Shown: positions 19,857 through 29,998, counted from the first letter of the stretch. The stretch is DNA of 64,000 nucleotides from a bacterium (GCA_016124945.1 WGMT01000060.1:1135-65134); one strand, 5' to 3'. Program-made: numbers and translations. The notes: generated by a model not told the origin, from the sequence alone.

Positions 19857-21761
19857 TTACCCAGCCAACTCCGCCAACGCCGCCCACCGCTCCATTGCCG
19901 CCTCCAGCGAGATATCCAGAGACTCAATCTGCTCGGCCAGTAGTTGGATGCGCTCATAGTCTTCACCGGCGGCGTTGAGATCGTCGTGCAGGGCGAGGCG
20001 TTGGGCTTCCCAACGCTCAATCTGGCCTTCTAGTTGCTCCAATTCGCGAGCTTCTTTCCAGGAGAGGCCACGGCGTTCGCCGCGTACACGGGTAGAACGC
20101 CCGTTCGTCTCGCTGTTTGTATCGCTTTTGGCGGTGGCAGACGGCAGTGTGACGGCGGCGGCTTCTTCTTCGCGCAGGCGGCGGTAGGTGACGTAGGGTG
20201 TGGGGTAGCGTTTGCCCAATTTACCGTCTTCGAAGGGGATAATGTAGTCGACGGTGCGGTCGAGGAAGTAGCGGTCGTGGCTGACCACGATAAGGCAGCC
20301 GCCAAAGTTGTCGAGGAATTCTTCGAGCACGGCCAGGGTCTGAATGTCGAGATCGTTGGTCGGCTCGTCGAGGAGCAGCACGTTGGGGCGATGGACAAGG
20401 GTGCGCAGCAGGTAAAGGCGTCGCCGTTCACCGCCGCTGAGGCTGTCGATGCGGCCATATTGCATGGAACGCGAAAAGAGGAACCACTCCAGCATCTGTG
20501 CGGCTTCGATGCGGTCGCCGTCTTTGGTGCGGATGAGCGGGGCTTCTTCTTCGATGAATTCGATTAGCCGCTTGCGTCCTTCCAGGTCTACGCTTTCCTG
20601 ATCGTAGTAGCCCAGTTGAACGGTGTCGCCCCATTCAATTTCGCCGCTATCAGCCGCTAGTTTGCCCGCCAAAATATCAAGGAAGGTGCTCTTTCCCGCG
20701 CCATTAGGGCCGAGGATACCGATGCGGTCGCCCGGGTCCAGCTTCAGATCGACGTGATCGACGACTGTCTTTGCGCCGAAGGCTTTGGTGATGCCATGGG
20801 CATTGAGTACTTTGGATCCAAGGCGCTGTGTGGCCAACGCCATGGAGACCGAGTCTTCGCCCAGGTCATATTGGATCTTTTGTAGTTCGGCCACCCGCTC
20901 CAGGCGCGCTTTTTGCTTGGTGCTGCGGGCGGCAGGGGCGCGCCGTGCCCACTCCAGTTCGCGTTTGAGCAATTTGCGCTGCTTCTGCTCACCGGCAGCA
21001 AGGCGCTCGTGATGCTGGTCGCGATCTTCGAGGTAGCGGCTGTAGTTGCCACTGTAGCTGACGAGTTTGCGCCGATCCAATTCCACAATGCGATTGACAA
21101 CACGATCCAAAAAGTAGCGATCATGGGTCACCATGAGCAGGGCACCGGGGGTGGTGATCAGATATTCTTCGAGCCAGGCAACAGTTTCAGCATCAATGTG
21201 GTTGGTCGGCTCATCGAGGACGAGTAGATCGGCGCGATCAATAAGGGAGCGGGCCATGGCGACGCGCTTACGTTGCCCACCGCTGAGGGTGGCGACGACA
21301 GCGTCGAAGTCGTCGATGCCCAGTTGGGTGAGGATGGCTTTGGCGTTGGCTTCTGCGGCCCAACCGCCGGTGCGATCCATCTGCGCCGAGAGATCGACGA
21401 AGCGGGCCTGCAACGCCTCATTGTGGGGATCTCTTTGAAGCTGTGCAGCCATCCACTCGTAGTCGCGCAGCAGACGCATCTGCGGCGAATCGCTGCGGAA
21501 GAGTTGATCGAGTACCGTGGCCGAATCGTCAAGGGTGGGATCCTGGTGCAGGTACTCCACGCGGCGATGACCCCACACCGTCACCGAGCCGGTATCAGGT
21601 TCCTCTTCGCCCGCGATCAAACGTAGCAATGTCGATTTGCCGCTGCCGTTGACGCCGATCAGGCCGATGCGGTCGCCTTCGTTGATCATCAGGTCCACAT
21701 GTTCGAGGAGCAGACGTTCAGAATATTGTTTGGAAACACTGTCTAAGGTCAGAAGATTCAT
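19857..21761 (-). CDS. ABC-F family ATPase (Uup-like, C-terminal coiled coil)
   Basis: Two ABC cassettes (GVNGSGKST/LSGGQRKR and GPNGAGKST/LSGGERRR), no TM domain, and a charged C-terminal coiled coil. Confidence 0.9.
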   Translation of the reverse strand: MNLLTLDSVSKQYSERLLLEHVDLMINEGDRIGLIGVNGSGKSTLLRLIAGEEEPDTGSVTVWGHRRVEYLHQDPTLDDSATVLDQLFRSDSPQMRLLRDYEWMAAQLQRDPHNEALQARFVDLSAQMDRTGGWAAEANAKAILTQLGIDDFDAVVATLSGGQRKRVAMARSLIDRADLLVLDEPTNHIDAETVAWLEEYLITTPGALLMVTHDRYFLDRVVNRIVELDRRKLVSYSGNYSRYLEDRDQHHERLAAGEQKQRKLLKRELEWARRAPAARSTKQKARLERVAELQKIQYDLGEDSVSMALATQRLGSKVLNAHGITKAFGAKTVVDHVDLKLDPGDRIGILGPNGAGKSTFLDILAGKLAADSGEIEWGDTVQLGYYDQESVDLEGRKRLIEFIEEEAPLIRTKDGDRIEAAQMLEWFLFSRSMQYGRIDSLSGGERRRLYLLRTLVHRPNVLLLDEPTNDLDIQTLAVLEEFLDNFGGCLIVVSHDRYFLDRTVDYIIPFEDGKLGKRYPTPYVTYRRLREEEAAAVTLPSATAKSDTNSETNGRSTRVRGERRGLSWKEARELEQLEGQIERWEAQRLALHDDLNAAGEDYERIQLLAEQIESLDISLEAAMERWAALAELAG

Positions 21762-21788
21762 AGATGTTCGGGTTACCTAAGGTTTTGA

Positions 21789-23750
21789 CTACAGTGCGCT
21801 ACGGATCGCATCCACTGTGGACGGATCTTCAAGGCTGCTGACGTCGCCGAGATCAAGCCCCAAATAGGCGGCTCGGATCAGGCGGCGCATGACTTTGGCG
21901 TTGCGTGTCTTGGGCAAGGCGGTGCAGAACTTGATCTCTTGTGGTTTGAGCGGTCGCCCCAATTCGGCGGTAACAAGCGAGTCCAGTTCCTGGCGCAAGG
22001 GCTCGCTTGGCTCGTTCCCCGGCGCGAGGACGCAGAAGACAACGACTTCGTTGTCTTTAATCGGGTGGGGCACGCCGATGGCCGCCGATTCCGTTACCGC
22101 GGGGTGGGCGTTAAGGATCGACTCCACTTCTGCTGGACCAAGACGCTTGCCCGCTACTTTGAGTGTGTCATCGCTGCGCCCCAGGATGTACCAAAGCCCG
22201 TCGTCGTCGATGGCAGCGAAGTCGCCGTGGACCCACACGTTCTCGAAGCGGTGCCAATAAGTATCAAAATACCGTTGGGGATCTTTCCAGAAACCCCGCG
22301 TCATGCCAATCCAGGGGCGGCGGATCACCAGTTCGCCCACGGCACCGCGTACAGGATCGCCGTTGTCGTCTACCACGTCTACGTCCATTCCCGGTATTGG
22401 GCCGGCAAAGGCGCCTGGTTTGAGGGGCTTGAAAAAGCTGCCGCTAATGATGCCGCCGCTGATCTCGGTGCCGCCGCTGTAGTTGAGAATGGGCTTTTGC
22501 CGTCCTAGCACGTGGGTGAAGACCCACTCCCATGAATCGGGATCCCAGGGGCTGCCGGTGGAGCCAACGGCGCGCAGGCTGGAAAGATCATGGCGTGTCA
22601 CCGGATCGCTACCGTGTGGCATCAGCGCCCGCACCAATACCGGCGACAGCCCCAGATGGGTGACATTGTGCTTCTCTACGATGTCCCACGTACGATCCAC
22701 AGCAGGGAAGTCGGGGGCGCCGTCGTAGAAGAGCATTGAAGCACCGTTCAGTAGTGCGCCAAAGACGAGCCACGGCCCCATCATCCAGCCCATGTCCGTC
22801 ATCCAATAGAGTACATCGCCGGGTTTGAGATCAAAGGCGTGGCGCAGATCCTGAGCGGCCTTGATGGGAAAGCCGCAGTGGGTGTGTACTGCGCCTTTGG
22901 GCCGTCCTGTGGTGCCACTGGTGTAGATGAGCATGAGCACGTCTTCGGCGGCGGTGCGTTCGCTTGGCGCATCCGTGGCAAAATCGGGCACATAGTCGTG
23001 CCACCAACGGTCACGGTTTGCCGTCATTGGGACCTCACCCAGTTCAACCCGGTTCACCACGATGACGTGTTCCACGCTAGGTACCGCTTGCAACGCCTCG
23101 TCTAGATTCGGCTTCATGGAGACATTTTTGCCGCGACGGTAGAAACCGTCGGCGGTGAAGACGGCTCGAGCGGCGGCGTCGGCCAGCCGGGTAGCAATGG
23201 CGGCGGGTCCATAGCCACTGAAAAGGGGGAGTACAATGCCGCCGATTTTAACCACGGCCAGGAAGGCAATCGCCAGTTCAGGAATCATGGGCATGTAGAG
23301 ACCGACGGCATCGCCTTTGCCTAGCCCGAGGGAGCGCAGTGCGTTGGCACAGCGGCAAACCTCGCGATGGAGCTGTGCATAGGTAAACTCTTCGGCATAT
23401 CCTTCTTCTGACTCCCAACGAAGGGCGATCTGTTCGGCGGTAGGCGTCCGCTGCCATTTATCTAGGCAGTTGTGGACAATGTTCATTTCCCCATCGACAC
23501 ACCAGCGTGGCAGTTGAATGCCGTGACTGGTGTCGAGAACCTGGGTATAGGGTTTGTAAAACTGAATATCAAGTTCGTCCATAACCGCGTCCCAGAACCA
23601 GCCCACATTTTCCACGGAGTGCTTCAGCAGGGCATCATAGTCGGAGATCTTGTGCCGGCGCATGAACGCCTGTAAATTGCTAGCTTCCATCCACGCCTGG
23701 TTCGGCTTCCACGCAATCGCCTGACCAAAAGGGAATGTGGTTGTGGGCAT
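21789..23750 (-). CDS. AMP-forming acyl-CoA synthetase (acetyl-/acetoacetyl-CoA synthetase family)
   Basis: 653-aa ORF with the AMP-binding motif YTSGTTGRPKG and YSGGTEISGG. The N-terminal ..VGWFWDAV.. block resembles the Acs/AACS family. Substrate is not assignable. Confidence 0.8.
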   Translation of the reverse strand: MPTTTFPFGQAIAWKPNQAWMEASNLQAFMRRHKISDYDALLKHSVENVGWFWDAVMDELDIQFYKPYTQVLDTSHGIQLPRWCVDGEMNIVHNCLDKWQRTPTAEQIALRWESEEGYAEEFTYAQLHREVCRCANALRSLGLGKGDAVGLYMPMIPELAIAFLAVVKIGGIVLPLFSGYGPAAIATRLADAAARAVFTADGFYRRGKNVSMKPNLDEALQAVPSVEHVIVVNRVELGEVPMTANRDRWWHDYVPDFATDAPSERTAAEDVLMLIYTSGTTGRPKGAVHTHCGFPIKAAQDLRHAFDLKPGDVLYWMTDMGWMMGPWLVFGALLNGASMLFYDGAPDFPAVDRTWDIVEKHNVTHLGLSPVLVRALMPHGSDPVTRHDLSSLRAVGSTGSPWDPDSWEWVFTHVLGRQKPILNYSGGTEISGGIISGSFFKPLKPGAFAGPIPGMDVDVVDDNGDPVRGAVGELVIRRPWIGMTRGFWKDPQRYFDTYWHRFENVWVHGDFAAIDDDGLWYILGRSDDTLKVAGKRLGPAEVESILNAHPAVTESAAIGVPHPIKDNEVVVFCVLAPGNEPSEPLRQELDSLVTAELGRPLKPQEIKFCTALPKTRNAKVMRRLIRAAYLGLDLGDVSSLEDPSTVDAIRSAL

Positions 23751-23777
23751 AAGATCGTCCTTGGGGCGGTGTTGGGA

Positions 23778-23801
23778 AATGAATGAATGAATGAATGAAT
23801 G
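23778..23801. repeat. Tetranucleotide microsatellite (AATG)6, which is (CATT)6 on the coding strand of the downstream gene
   Basis: Six perfect copies, 28-51 nt upstream of the acyl-CoA synthetase ATG (23750). They lie between its AAGGA Shine-Dalgarno and the upstream terminator hairpin. Confidence 0.9.
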
Positions 23802-23803
23802 AA

Positions 23804-23851
23804 GAATAAAGATTGAGTAGAGGCAATGCTTTCTCTACTCAATCTTTATTC
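23804..23851 (-). terminator. Perfect 19-bp hairpin downstream of the BON-domain gene
   Basis: GAATAAAGATTGAGTAGAG (23804-23822) pairs with CTCTACTCAATCTTTATTC (23833-23851) around a 10-nt loop. The sequence following on the minus strand is T-rich. Confidence 0.65.
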
Positions 23852-23866
23852 TTCGTTCACTATCTG

Positions 23867-24514
23867 TCAATCGATACTCTCGTCGGCCAGATCTACCTCG
23901 CTGATGACATCGCGCACGCCGTCAAGTTCAGCGATGATGCGTTCGGCGCGGCCAATATCGTCGGCGGTTTCGACGGTACCGCGCACAATGGCTATGCCAT
24001 TGGTTACCTGAACCGTCAGATCTAGGTGATGTGTTTCGCTGTTTACACGCAGCGCTTCCTCTATGTCGCGTACCAGATCCCAATCGTTGTTGTCAACGTG
24101 CTCAGGTAGATCCCAAGCGTTGGGATTGGCCTCTTCCATCGACGGTGCAAAACCTGCACCGATCTCGCCGCTCTCATAGTTGTCGCCGGGGATGACCGGC
24201 GGGTCGCTAGGTGGTGTGTAGACGAGCCCTTGCTCTTCGGCTACAGACGGGTTGTAGGTGCTGCCGTCGCTGTGCTGTGTGTCGGAGACGTACTCGACAG
24301 CAATGTCCTTTTCGTACGGCTCCAGTTGCGACTCATGCACACCTGTGGCTTCTTTGTCGTCGTCGTGAAACTCGTGACCTTCGGGCGGCACGATACCAGG
24401 GATGACAGTGTCTTCGTCGTCGCGGATCGGGTTAAAGTCGTGTTCCTCTTGTTCGTCTTTGCCGGTACGGCTGGGAACTGGCTTGCTTTCCTTGGGGGAT
24501 CGGCGATCAGCCAT
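23867..24514 (-). CDS. BON-domain protein with acidic N-terminal region
   Basis: C-terminal BON-like segment (LTVQVTNGIAIVRGTVETADDIGRAERIIAELDGVRDV). ATG 24514 has AAGGAG upstream; the ORF is open to 24592. Confidence 0.65.
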   Translation of the reverse strand: MADRRSPKESKPVPSRTGKDEQEEHDFNPIRDDEDTVIPGIVPPEGHEFHDDDKEATGVHESQLEPYEKDIAVEYVSDTQHSDGSTYNPSVAEEQGLVYTPPSDPPVIPGDNYESGEIGAGFAPSMEEANPNAWDLPEHVDNNDWDLVRDIEEALRVNSETHHLDLTVQVTNGIAIVRGTVETADDIGRAERIIAELDGVRDVISEVDLADESID

Positions 24515-24648
24515 GATGCTCCTTATCTCCAAATGCGGTGCGAATCCACGCAAAACGTGGAACAGGACACCGTTTGCACGGCTCCTGGGCATCCATTATA
24601 CCGGAGATTGGCCGAATGTGAAGGAGAGCAGATCCACATTCTACTCTG

Positions 24649-25326
24649 CTATGGTTGGAAGGTGCTCCAAATTGAGGTGACGATCAACGCTTGGGCTGGG
24701 CCATAGGTGAGCCAGATGAGGGTGTTCATGGCCGGGAATTTGCGATTGGCGAAGAGGTCAAGCGCGATGAGGAGATCGCTAACAAGGAAAAGGGCGGCGC
24801 CCACAGCCAATCCGCTGAAAAGTGGCTGTTGCAGGGCAAGTCCTGTGGCAACGCCTGCGGTGGAAGCGAGCAGGAGCGTATAACCCAGTGCGCCACGCCG
24901 AATGGCAGGTGGTTGTAGTTGTGTACTGCTGAGGACGACAAAGTAACCGAGCAGACCACCTATCAGCAGCCAGATGATCCAGGCGATCCACCCCACCGGG
25001 GCATAGGTGACCACAGCGGTAATGTAAAAAATGTGCCCCAGGCCAAAAGCAAGCATACCAGCTAGTTCGCGACTTGGGGCAGGCAACACACGGGCCATAT
25101 AAAGATCGCCCACCAGCCCCACCGACATGCCGGCGGCGATGAAGCCGGCGTAGCGCACAGCAGATAAATCCTCAGCTAGGACATACCCGTACCAAACCAA
25201 AACGACGAGCACAAACGATGAAGCCAACCGCGGCCAACTTGCCGTGCGCATACGCGCCAGGCCAAGCAAGAGCAGAAACACCCATGCACCCACCCATAGC
25301 CAGGCAATCAGATCAAGTGGCGGCAT
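24649..25326 (-). CDS. YhhN-family (lysoplasmalogenase-like) membrane protein
   Basis: Polytopic protein with VGDLYMA and FGLGHIFY motifs. The most likely start is ATG 25326, giving MPPLDLIAWLW.... The ORF is open to 25536, but that stretch overlaps the upstream gene. Confidence 0.7.
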   Translation of the reverse strand: MPPLDLIAWLWVGAWVFLLLLGLARMRTASWPRLASSFVLVVLVWYGYVLAEDLSAVRYAGFIAAGMSVGLVGDLYMARVLPAPSRELAGMLAFGLGHIFYITAVVTYAPVGWIAWIIWLLIGGLLGYFVVLSSTQLQPPAIRRGALGYTLLLASTAGVATGLALQQPLFSGLAVGAALFLVSDLLIALDLFANRKFPAMNTLIWLTYGPAQALIVTSIWSTFQP

Positions 25327-25331
25327 GGTTT

Positions 25332-25967
25332 TTACTCTGTACGGTAACCGAGGAGTTGCGGCTCTGCCCACACAGCCCAGTTCCAACGGGCGTCGCCCAG
25401 ACCGTCGGTCATCCATTGGAGCACAACGTCCTGGCCGGCAAGGCTGGGCAATTCCACCATATGACGTTCCCATTGTGTAGTCTGTTTGGTGGTGCTCCAC
25501 AACCGCACGCCGTTGACAAAAATGCGGAAGGCGCACATGTTGTCGCCTTGCATGAGGGCGCCGTCGCGGATGCCTGCTGCAAATTGCAGGCGTAGGCGGT
25601 CTACATCGGCGGGGACGTGCAGTTGGTATTCCACCACAGCGCTACCGTTGACGGGCGGATGCTGCCAGAGTGCGTTCTGCTGCACCATGCCACAACTGGC
25701 AGGGCCGACTTTGACTTCCATCAACGCGGGTTGACGGGTGGCCGCCTGGCGCGCCTTGGCGAAATTCTCGAGGAAGTCATATTGCCAGACGAGACGCTGG
25801 CCGTTTAGATCGTCTTCTTCGTCTTCGAAGAGGCTGTGCCAGAGTTCTTCTTGCCATTTGAGGTAGCTAATGTATTGCGAGAGTTGAATCAGAGACTGCT
25901 CACTGAGATCGCCGATGCGGCGGATCACGGCATCAAGCGTCTCTTGACGGGGATCGAAATCGGCCAT
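25332..25967 (-). CDS. Hypothetical protein
   Basis: Likely start is ATG 25967 (MADFDPRQ...). 211 aa with no motif I recognise. Its stop lies 6 nt from the YhhN start, which suggests an operon. Confidence 0.55.
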   Translation of the reverse strand: MADFDPRQETLDAVIRRIGDLSEQSLIQLSQYISYLKWQEELWHSLFEDEEDDLNGQRLVWQYDFLENFAKARQAATRQPALMEVKVGPASCGMVQQNALWQHPPVNGSAVVEYQLHVPADVDRLRLQFAAGIRDGALMQGDNMCAFRIFVNGVRLWSTTKQTTQWERHMVELPSLAGQDVVLQWMTDGLGDARWNWAVWAEPQLLGYRTE

Positions 25968-26052
25968 TGGGTCGATCCTATGCGGTGGGGTGATGGGTAA
26001 CAAAAAGGCCGACTTTGAGGACAAAGCCGGCCCTGATGGTCGGTAAACTTGT

Positions 26053-26598
26053 CTACACAGTGCCTGCAAAACCCCAAGAGGCGTCACCTTGCATAAGGCC
26101 GTTCATCATTGCTTCCCAGCGAGAGGCGGCGGTGGGGTTACTCAGAAGCACGAGCGCCACATAGCTAGGCTCAAACGGCTTGCGCGGGAGCAACATACCC
26201 GCTTCTTCAGGCAACATGTTGCCCTTCTTGTGATTACATGCCTGACAGGCTGTAACCAAGTTGCTCCAATCGTGACGTCCTCCGCGGCTGCGCGGCAGGA
26301 CGTGATCAACGGTCAACTCATGGCGGCTGGGGGTGCCGTGGCAATACTGGCACGTGTACGCATCGCGCAGCATCACGGCGGCGCGTGTCGGTGGCACAGA
26401 ACGGTGGGGCAGGCGCACGTAGCGAGTCAGCCGGATTACCAGTGGCTCGGGCAGGGCGCGATTGGTGCTACACAGGACGCGCTCTGTGGTTTCCACAAGT
26501 TCCGCCTTCTCGCGCAAGAGCAGCACAACTGCCCGCCGCACCGAGACAAGGCTCAGTGGTTCAAACGTGGCATTCAAAACAAGCACCGTTCTCGACAT
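26053..26598 (-). CDS. HNH endonuclease-domain protein
   Basis: CQYCHG...[32 protein letters not shown] is the canonical HNH/CCHH motif. Confidence 0.85.
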   Translation of the reverse strand: MSRTVLVLNATFEPLSLVSVRRAVVLLLREKAELVETTERVLCSTNRALPEPLVIRLTRYVRLPHRSVPPTRAAVMLRDAYTCQYCHGTPSRHELTVDHVLPRSRGGRHDWSNLVTACQACNHKKGNMLPEEAGMLLPRKPFEPSYVALVLLSNPTAASRWEAMMNGLMQGDASWGFAGTV

Positions 26599-26648
26599 TC
26601 AGACACCCTCTGTGTCCCGCACCGTCCTCGATCCGGGTGAGGGACACA

Positions 26649-27032
26649 CTACACAGCGGCTACAGCGCCGGTACGAATCACGACCTCCATCAAAAAGAAA
26701 CAGACGATAGCCATCAAAATAGATTTTACATTCTCGTCTTCTATGCGGCTGAAGTAACCGTAAGCAGCCGGCAAGGTAACGAGTGCAACACAAGCATACA
26801 GAATGTGCACAAAAGCGCGTGGTAAGTTCTCTCCCAATCCCTGGCTATAGAGCACAAAGCCCAGGACGAACTGAACAACCACCACAAGTTCGGCGATGAC
26901 GGCGGCACCGTACCAACTTCCACCAAGCGGCTGTGAGCGTAAGCGACTGATAATCGCCATTACCCCCAGCGCAATGAAAAGGAGCACCGACGTCCGCGCC
27001 AGCCCCTCATGAAGAAGAATCAATGTGCCCAC
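26649..27032 (-). CDS. Small integral membrane protein (4 predicted TM helices), function unknown
   Basis: 127-aa hydrophobic ORF with no competing ORF. Confidence 0.55.
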   Translation of the reverse strand: MGTLILLHEGLARTSVLLFIALGVMAIISRLRSQPLGGSWYGAAVIAELVVVVQFVLGFVLYSQGLGENLPRAFVHILYACVALVTLPAAYGYFSRIEDENVKSILMAIVCFFLMEVVIRTGAVAAV

Positions 27033-27209
27033 AGATAAATCTCAGCCATTCATTGAACTTACTACGCTAGATATCACTGCATAGATATCACTACGCTACT
27101 TTATTCACTAAACTCTATTATAGCGGAAGGACAAAAGTGCTGTCCATCCCGGCAGGTTATGCGGGTGTAATTCAAGTTGGGGGCACGCTCGCCACAGAGA
27201 CATGGCCCG

Positions 27210-28634
27210 CTACGCAGGCCGGTGAACGCCTAGATATTGTGCTATCACACCGATTACAGGCGTATTGCCGATGTCGTAGCTGATCCATTCGTTGCTGGTA
27301 CCCAGCCCGTAGATGCAACCACCGACGACGTAATCGTCCTGTTGCATTGCTTTATCATACCATACCAACTGCTCAACATAAGCGCCGGGCCCCCACAAAC
27401 CGTAGCCATTCTGCGCCCAGTAATCCTGAAAGTGCTGCCAACCCCGTGCATCCTGCGGCCCAGGACGACCCGCTTGTACAAGACCATCAACCCCTAGTTC
27501 GGTCATAACCAACGGGATAGCAAGGCCACGTGGCTTGAGAAATTTGTTGTAGACGTGGCGATAGCGCAACGTCAACCAGCCGGTATCCTGGGCAGAAACG
27601 CCGGGGTAGCGTCCTTGATCGGAACGGGTGCTGAGAAAGTAGATGGTGGGCGCAGCGTACTCATGCAGGCCCAACCAGCCATCGTACTGTTTCGCCGCCT
27701 GCATGGCAGGCAAAAAGTATTCCCACTGCTCGAGTGGTGGCTGACCGGTGCCGAAGTTGCCGATTACGCTGCGGATGCCGTACTCGGCAAGCAGACGGGT
27801 ACGTTCGGCTTCAAATTCGGCGAGCCGTTTCATCTCTTCGGCATTGCCGGGCACCGGTTCGTTATAGGCTTCCCAGGCATCGAACCAGTTTTTGCGCGCC
27901 GGATCATTGGCGAATGGGAGCAGCTTTTCCACAAAGGCACGCGCCGTAGCAATGGGGTCGATGGTAGCAAGCGACACTTGATCGGTGTGAATGCGCCCGA
28001 TCAGCCGCGTGCGCGGGGATACCTGCTTGATCTGCGCCGCGAAACCAGCGTCCAACTCCAGGGTTTTGACCACGCTGATGCTGCCAGTTTCGAGTAGATC
28101 GAACAGTTGGGGATCATTCCGTTCAACATGCACGCCCAGCTTGCTTGGCGGCCCTGGCGGAAATGGCGTACTGATCGGTGTAGGCGTTGCCGGCGGCGGC
28201 GCAGGTGTGGCGGTAGGCGGCGCTTTAGTCGGCGTCGGTTCGATCACCGGTTGCGCCGCCGCGATCACATCCGGATCAGTTGCTTGTACGTCGGGCAGAA
28301 AGGTGGTATGCGAAGACGATGTCGCCGTAGGATCCGGGGGGCGGGGAGTACGTGTCGGCGTCGGCGTTGGCTCCGGTTGCCGTCCACAGGCGGCGGCAAG
28401 TAGACCGATCCCGGCGCCGACGCTGCGCAAGAAACGGCGACGGCTCAAAGGACGTTCCTCGACTTCCCCTAACTCTGGATTGGGTGGGTGAGAGCCTGCC
28501 GGTGTAGACGTTGCATCAACAAGGTGAGCCTCCTCTTTCGACGAGGCAGATTCGATTTGTGGTTGGGGGAGTTCCTTGCCGAGAGTTGCTGCGGTGGTAT
28601 CCTCCTGCTTGTTAGGTTCTTCCATCATGGGCAT
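27210..28634 (-). CDS. Tat-exported lipoprotein with Pro/Thr linker and clan GH-A-like (TIM-barrel) glycoside hydrolase-like domain
   Basis: [19 protein letters not shown] (twin-Arg plus lipobox), a PT-rich linker, then YNEP and TELGVDG motifs spaced as in the acid/base and nucleophile of clan GH-A. TTG 28448 with GAGGAA 7 nt upstream would give MSRRRFL... and remove an odd 62-aa extension before the Tat signal. Confidence 0.6.
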   Translation of the reverse strand: MPMMEEPNKQEDTTAATLGKELPQPQIESASSKEEAHLVDATSTPAGSHPPNPELGEVEERPLSRRRFLRSVGAGIGLLAAACGRQPEPTPTPTRTPRPPDPTATSSSHTTFLPDVQATDPDVIAAAQPVIEPTPTKAPPTATPAPPPATPTPISTPFPPGPPSKLGVHVERNDPQLFDLLETGSISVVKTLELDAGFAAQIKQVSPRTRLIGRIHTDQVSLATIDPIATARAFVEKLLPFANDPARKNWFDAWEAYNEPVPGNAEEMKRLAEFEAERTRLLAEYGIRSVIGNFGTGQPPLEQWEYFLPAMQAAKQYDGWLGLHEYAAPTIYFLSTRSDQGRYPGVSAQDTGWLTLRYRHVYNKFLKPRGLAIPLVMTELGVDGLVQAGRPGPQDARGWQHFQDYWAQNGYGLWGPGAYVEQLVWYDKAMQQDDYVVGGCIYGLGTSNEWISYDIGNTPVIGVIAQYLGVHRPA

Positions 28635-28903
28635 ACTATACCATTTTGCAAAATAGCGACCAAAAATCCGCGCTGTGCTGAGGACGCCTTCTAAAACACG
28701 ACTTTATGGTTCGTACTACGTTGTGTGTACCATTCGACATGCTACGCCACATGGTGGTTCATTTTTCTAGGCTTTCCATCAACTCTGTTCAATTGCAAAA
28801 CTCGTGTTGCCATGATGCCCTGGATACGATAAACTAGCCCCCCAAGATACCCGTCCTCTTGGTTAATTTACCCAACGCCACATCGAACTCAAGGAGATCC
28901 ACC

Positions 28904-29158
28904 ATGAAAACGTACGAAGTGAGCATTGAATACTGCGTCCAGTGAAACTACACCCCTCGTGCTGTCCGTGCGGCAGCCGATCTATTGAGCGACTACACCC
29001 CATCTATCACAAGCCTCAAGCTCATCCCCTCTTCAGGCGGACGCTTTGAAGTCCTTGCCAACGGCACCGTGATCTACAGCAAAAAAGCCGAAGGACGCCA
29101 TGCCGAAGAAGGCGAGGTGGCGCGGTTGTTTGGGGAGAAGTTGGTGATTCGTGATTGA
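28904..29158 (+). CDS. selW: SelW/Rdx-family selenoprotein (84 aa) with in-frame UGA (Sec) at 28943-28945
   Basis: AAGGAG at 28891-28896, then ATG 28904. Translation: MKTYEVSIEYCVQ-U-NYTPRAVRAAADLLSDYTPSITSLKLIPSSGGRFEVLANGTVIYSKKAEGRHAEEGEVARLFGEKLVIRD. IEYCxxU is the Rdx redox motif, and 70 stop-free codons follow the TGA. The gene is absent from the ORF track because TGA was treated as a stop. Confidence 0.8.
28957..28980 (+). promoter_or_regulatory. Bacterial SECIS-like stem-loop
   Basis: The hairpin starts 11 nt after the UGA. The lower stem has 3 bp (28957-59 with 28978-80), and U28960 is bulged. The upper stem has 6 bp (28961-66 with 28972-77, one G-U pair). The apical loop is CGUGC. 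Confidence 0.55.
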
Positions 29159-29182
29159 TGATTGGGCAGATCCTGTCGAGTA

Positions 29183-29220
29183 GATGATGGGATGATGAGC
29201 CTTTGCATCATCCCATCATC
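29183..29220. terminator. Perfect 15-bp hairpin between convergent selW-like and nif3 genes
   Basis: GATGATGGGATGATG (29183-29197) pairs with CATCATCCCATCATC (29206-29220) around an 8-nt loop. There is no strong U-tract. Confidence 0.55.
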
Positions 29221-29245
29221 TCTGCCCCAATTACCAATCCCTTTC

Positions 29246-29998
29246 TCAAATCCCCGTGGGTATATCCACAAACTCGAACTCGACACCAAACTTGTCCGCT
29301 ATCAGTTGACCGAGCGCCTGCACACCAACAGTCTCAGTGCCGTAGTGCCCGCCGTAGAGGACGTTCATGCCATAGTTGAAGGCATCGTAGAATTGGGCGT
29401 GGCTGGTTTCGCCGGTGATGAAGGCGTCGCAGCCGAGGGCGGCGGCCTCTTCGATCTGACGAGCGCCTGATCCGCTGAGGATCCCCACACGGCGGATCTG
29501 CTGCGGCCCATGCGCAAGGACCAGTTTCACGTCGCCCACTGCTTCACGGTAACGGTTTGTCAGCTCCTCGAAGGTGATTGGCTCCGGCGATTCGGCCAGC
29601 GCCGCCAAGGGCACCCCGTTGACCTTTCCCCACCATGAGGTCACGTTCAACCCTAAACGTCGCGCCAGTTGCGCATTGTTCCCCACTTCAGGGTGTGCGT
29701 CCAAAGCCAGGTGGGCGGCGTAGAGGTTGAGATCGGCCTGAATGTAGGTGCGCACCAGCCGCCCAAAGCCACCGCTGATCTTCTGCGGGCCACCCCAAAA
29801 GATGCCATGATGGACAAGCAGCATGTCCGCGCCGCGGGCCAGCGCCGTCTCTACCACAGGCAGGTGTGCGTCCACTGCGCCGATGATCTTGAGGATCTCG
29901 GCGCGGCCTTCGATCTGCAAGCCTTGGGGACCGTAGTCTTTGATCTCGGGGATCTTCAGGTACTCATCGAGGAATTGGACCAGTTCGTTGCGTTGCAT
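29246..29998 (-). CDS. Nif3-family dinuclear metal-centre protein (YbgI/GTP cyclohydrolase 1 type 2 homolog)
   Basis: 250-aa ORF with [15 protein letters not shown] and GGHYGTE motifs. AAGGAG lies 7 nt upstream of the ATG. Confidence 0.85.
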   Translation of the reverse strand: MQRNELVQFLDEYLKIPEIKDYGPQGLQIEGRAEILKIIGAVDAHLPVVETALARGADMLLVHHGIFWGGPQKISGGFGRLVRTYIQADLNLYAAHLALDAHPEVGNNAQLARRLGLNVTSWWGKVNGVPLAALAESPEPITFEELTNRYREAVGDVKLVLAHGPQQIRRVGILSGSGARQIEEAAALGCDAFITGETSHAQFYDAFNYGMNVLYGGHYGTETVGVQALGQLIADKFGVEFEFVDIPTGI

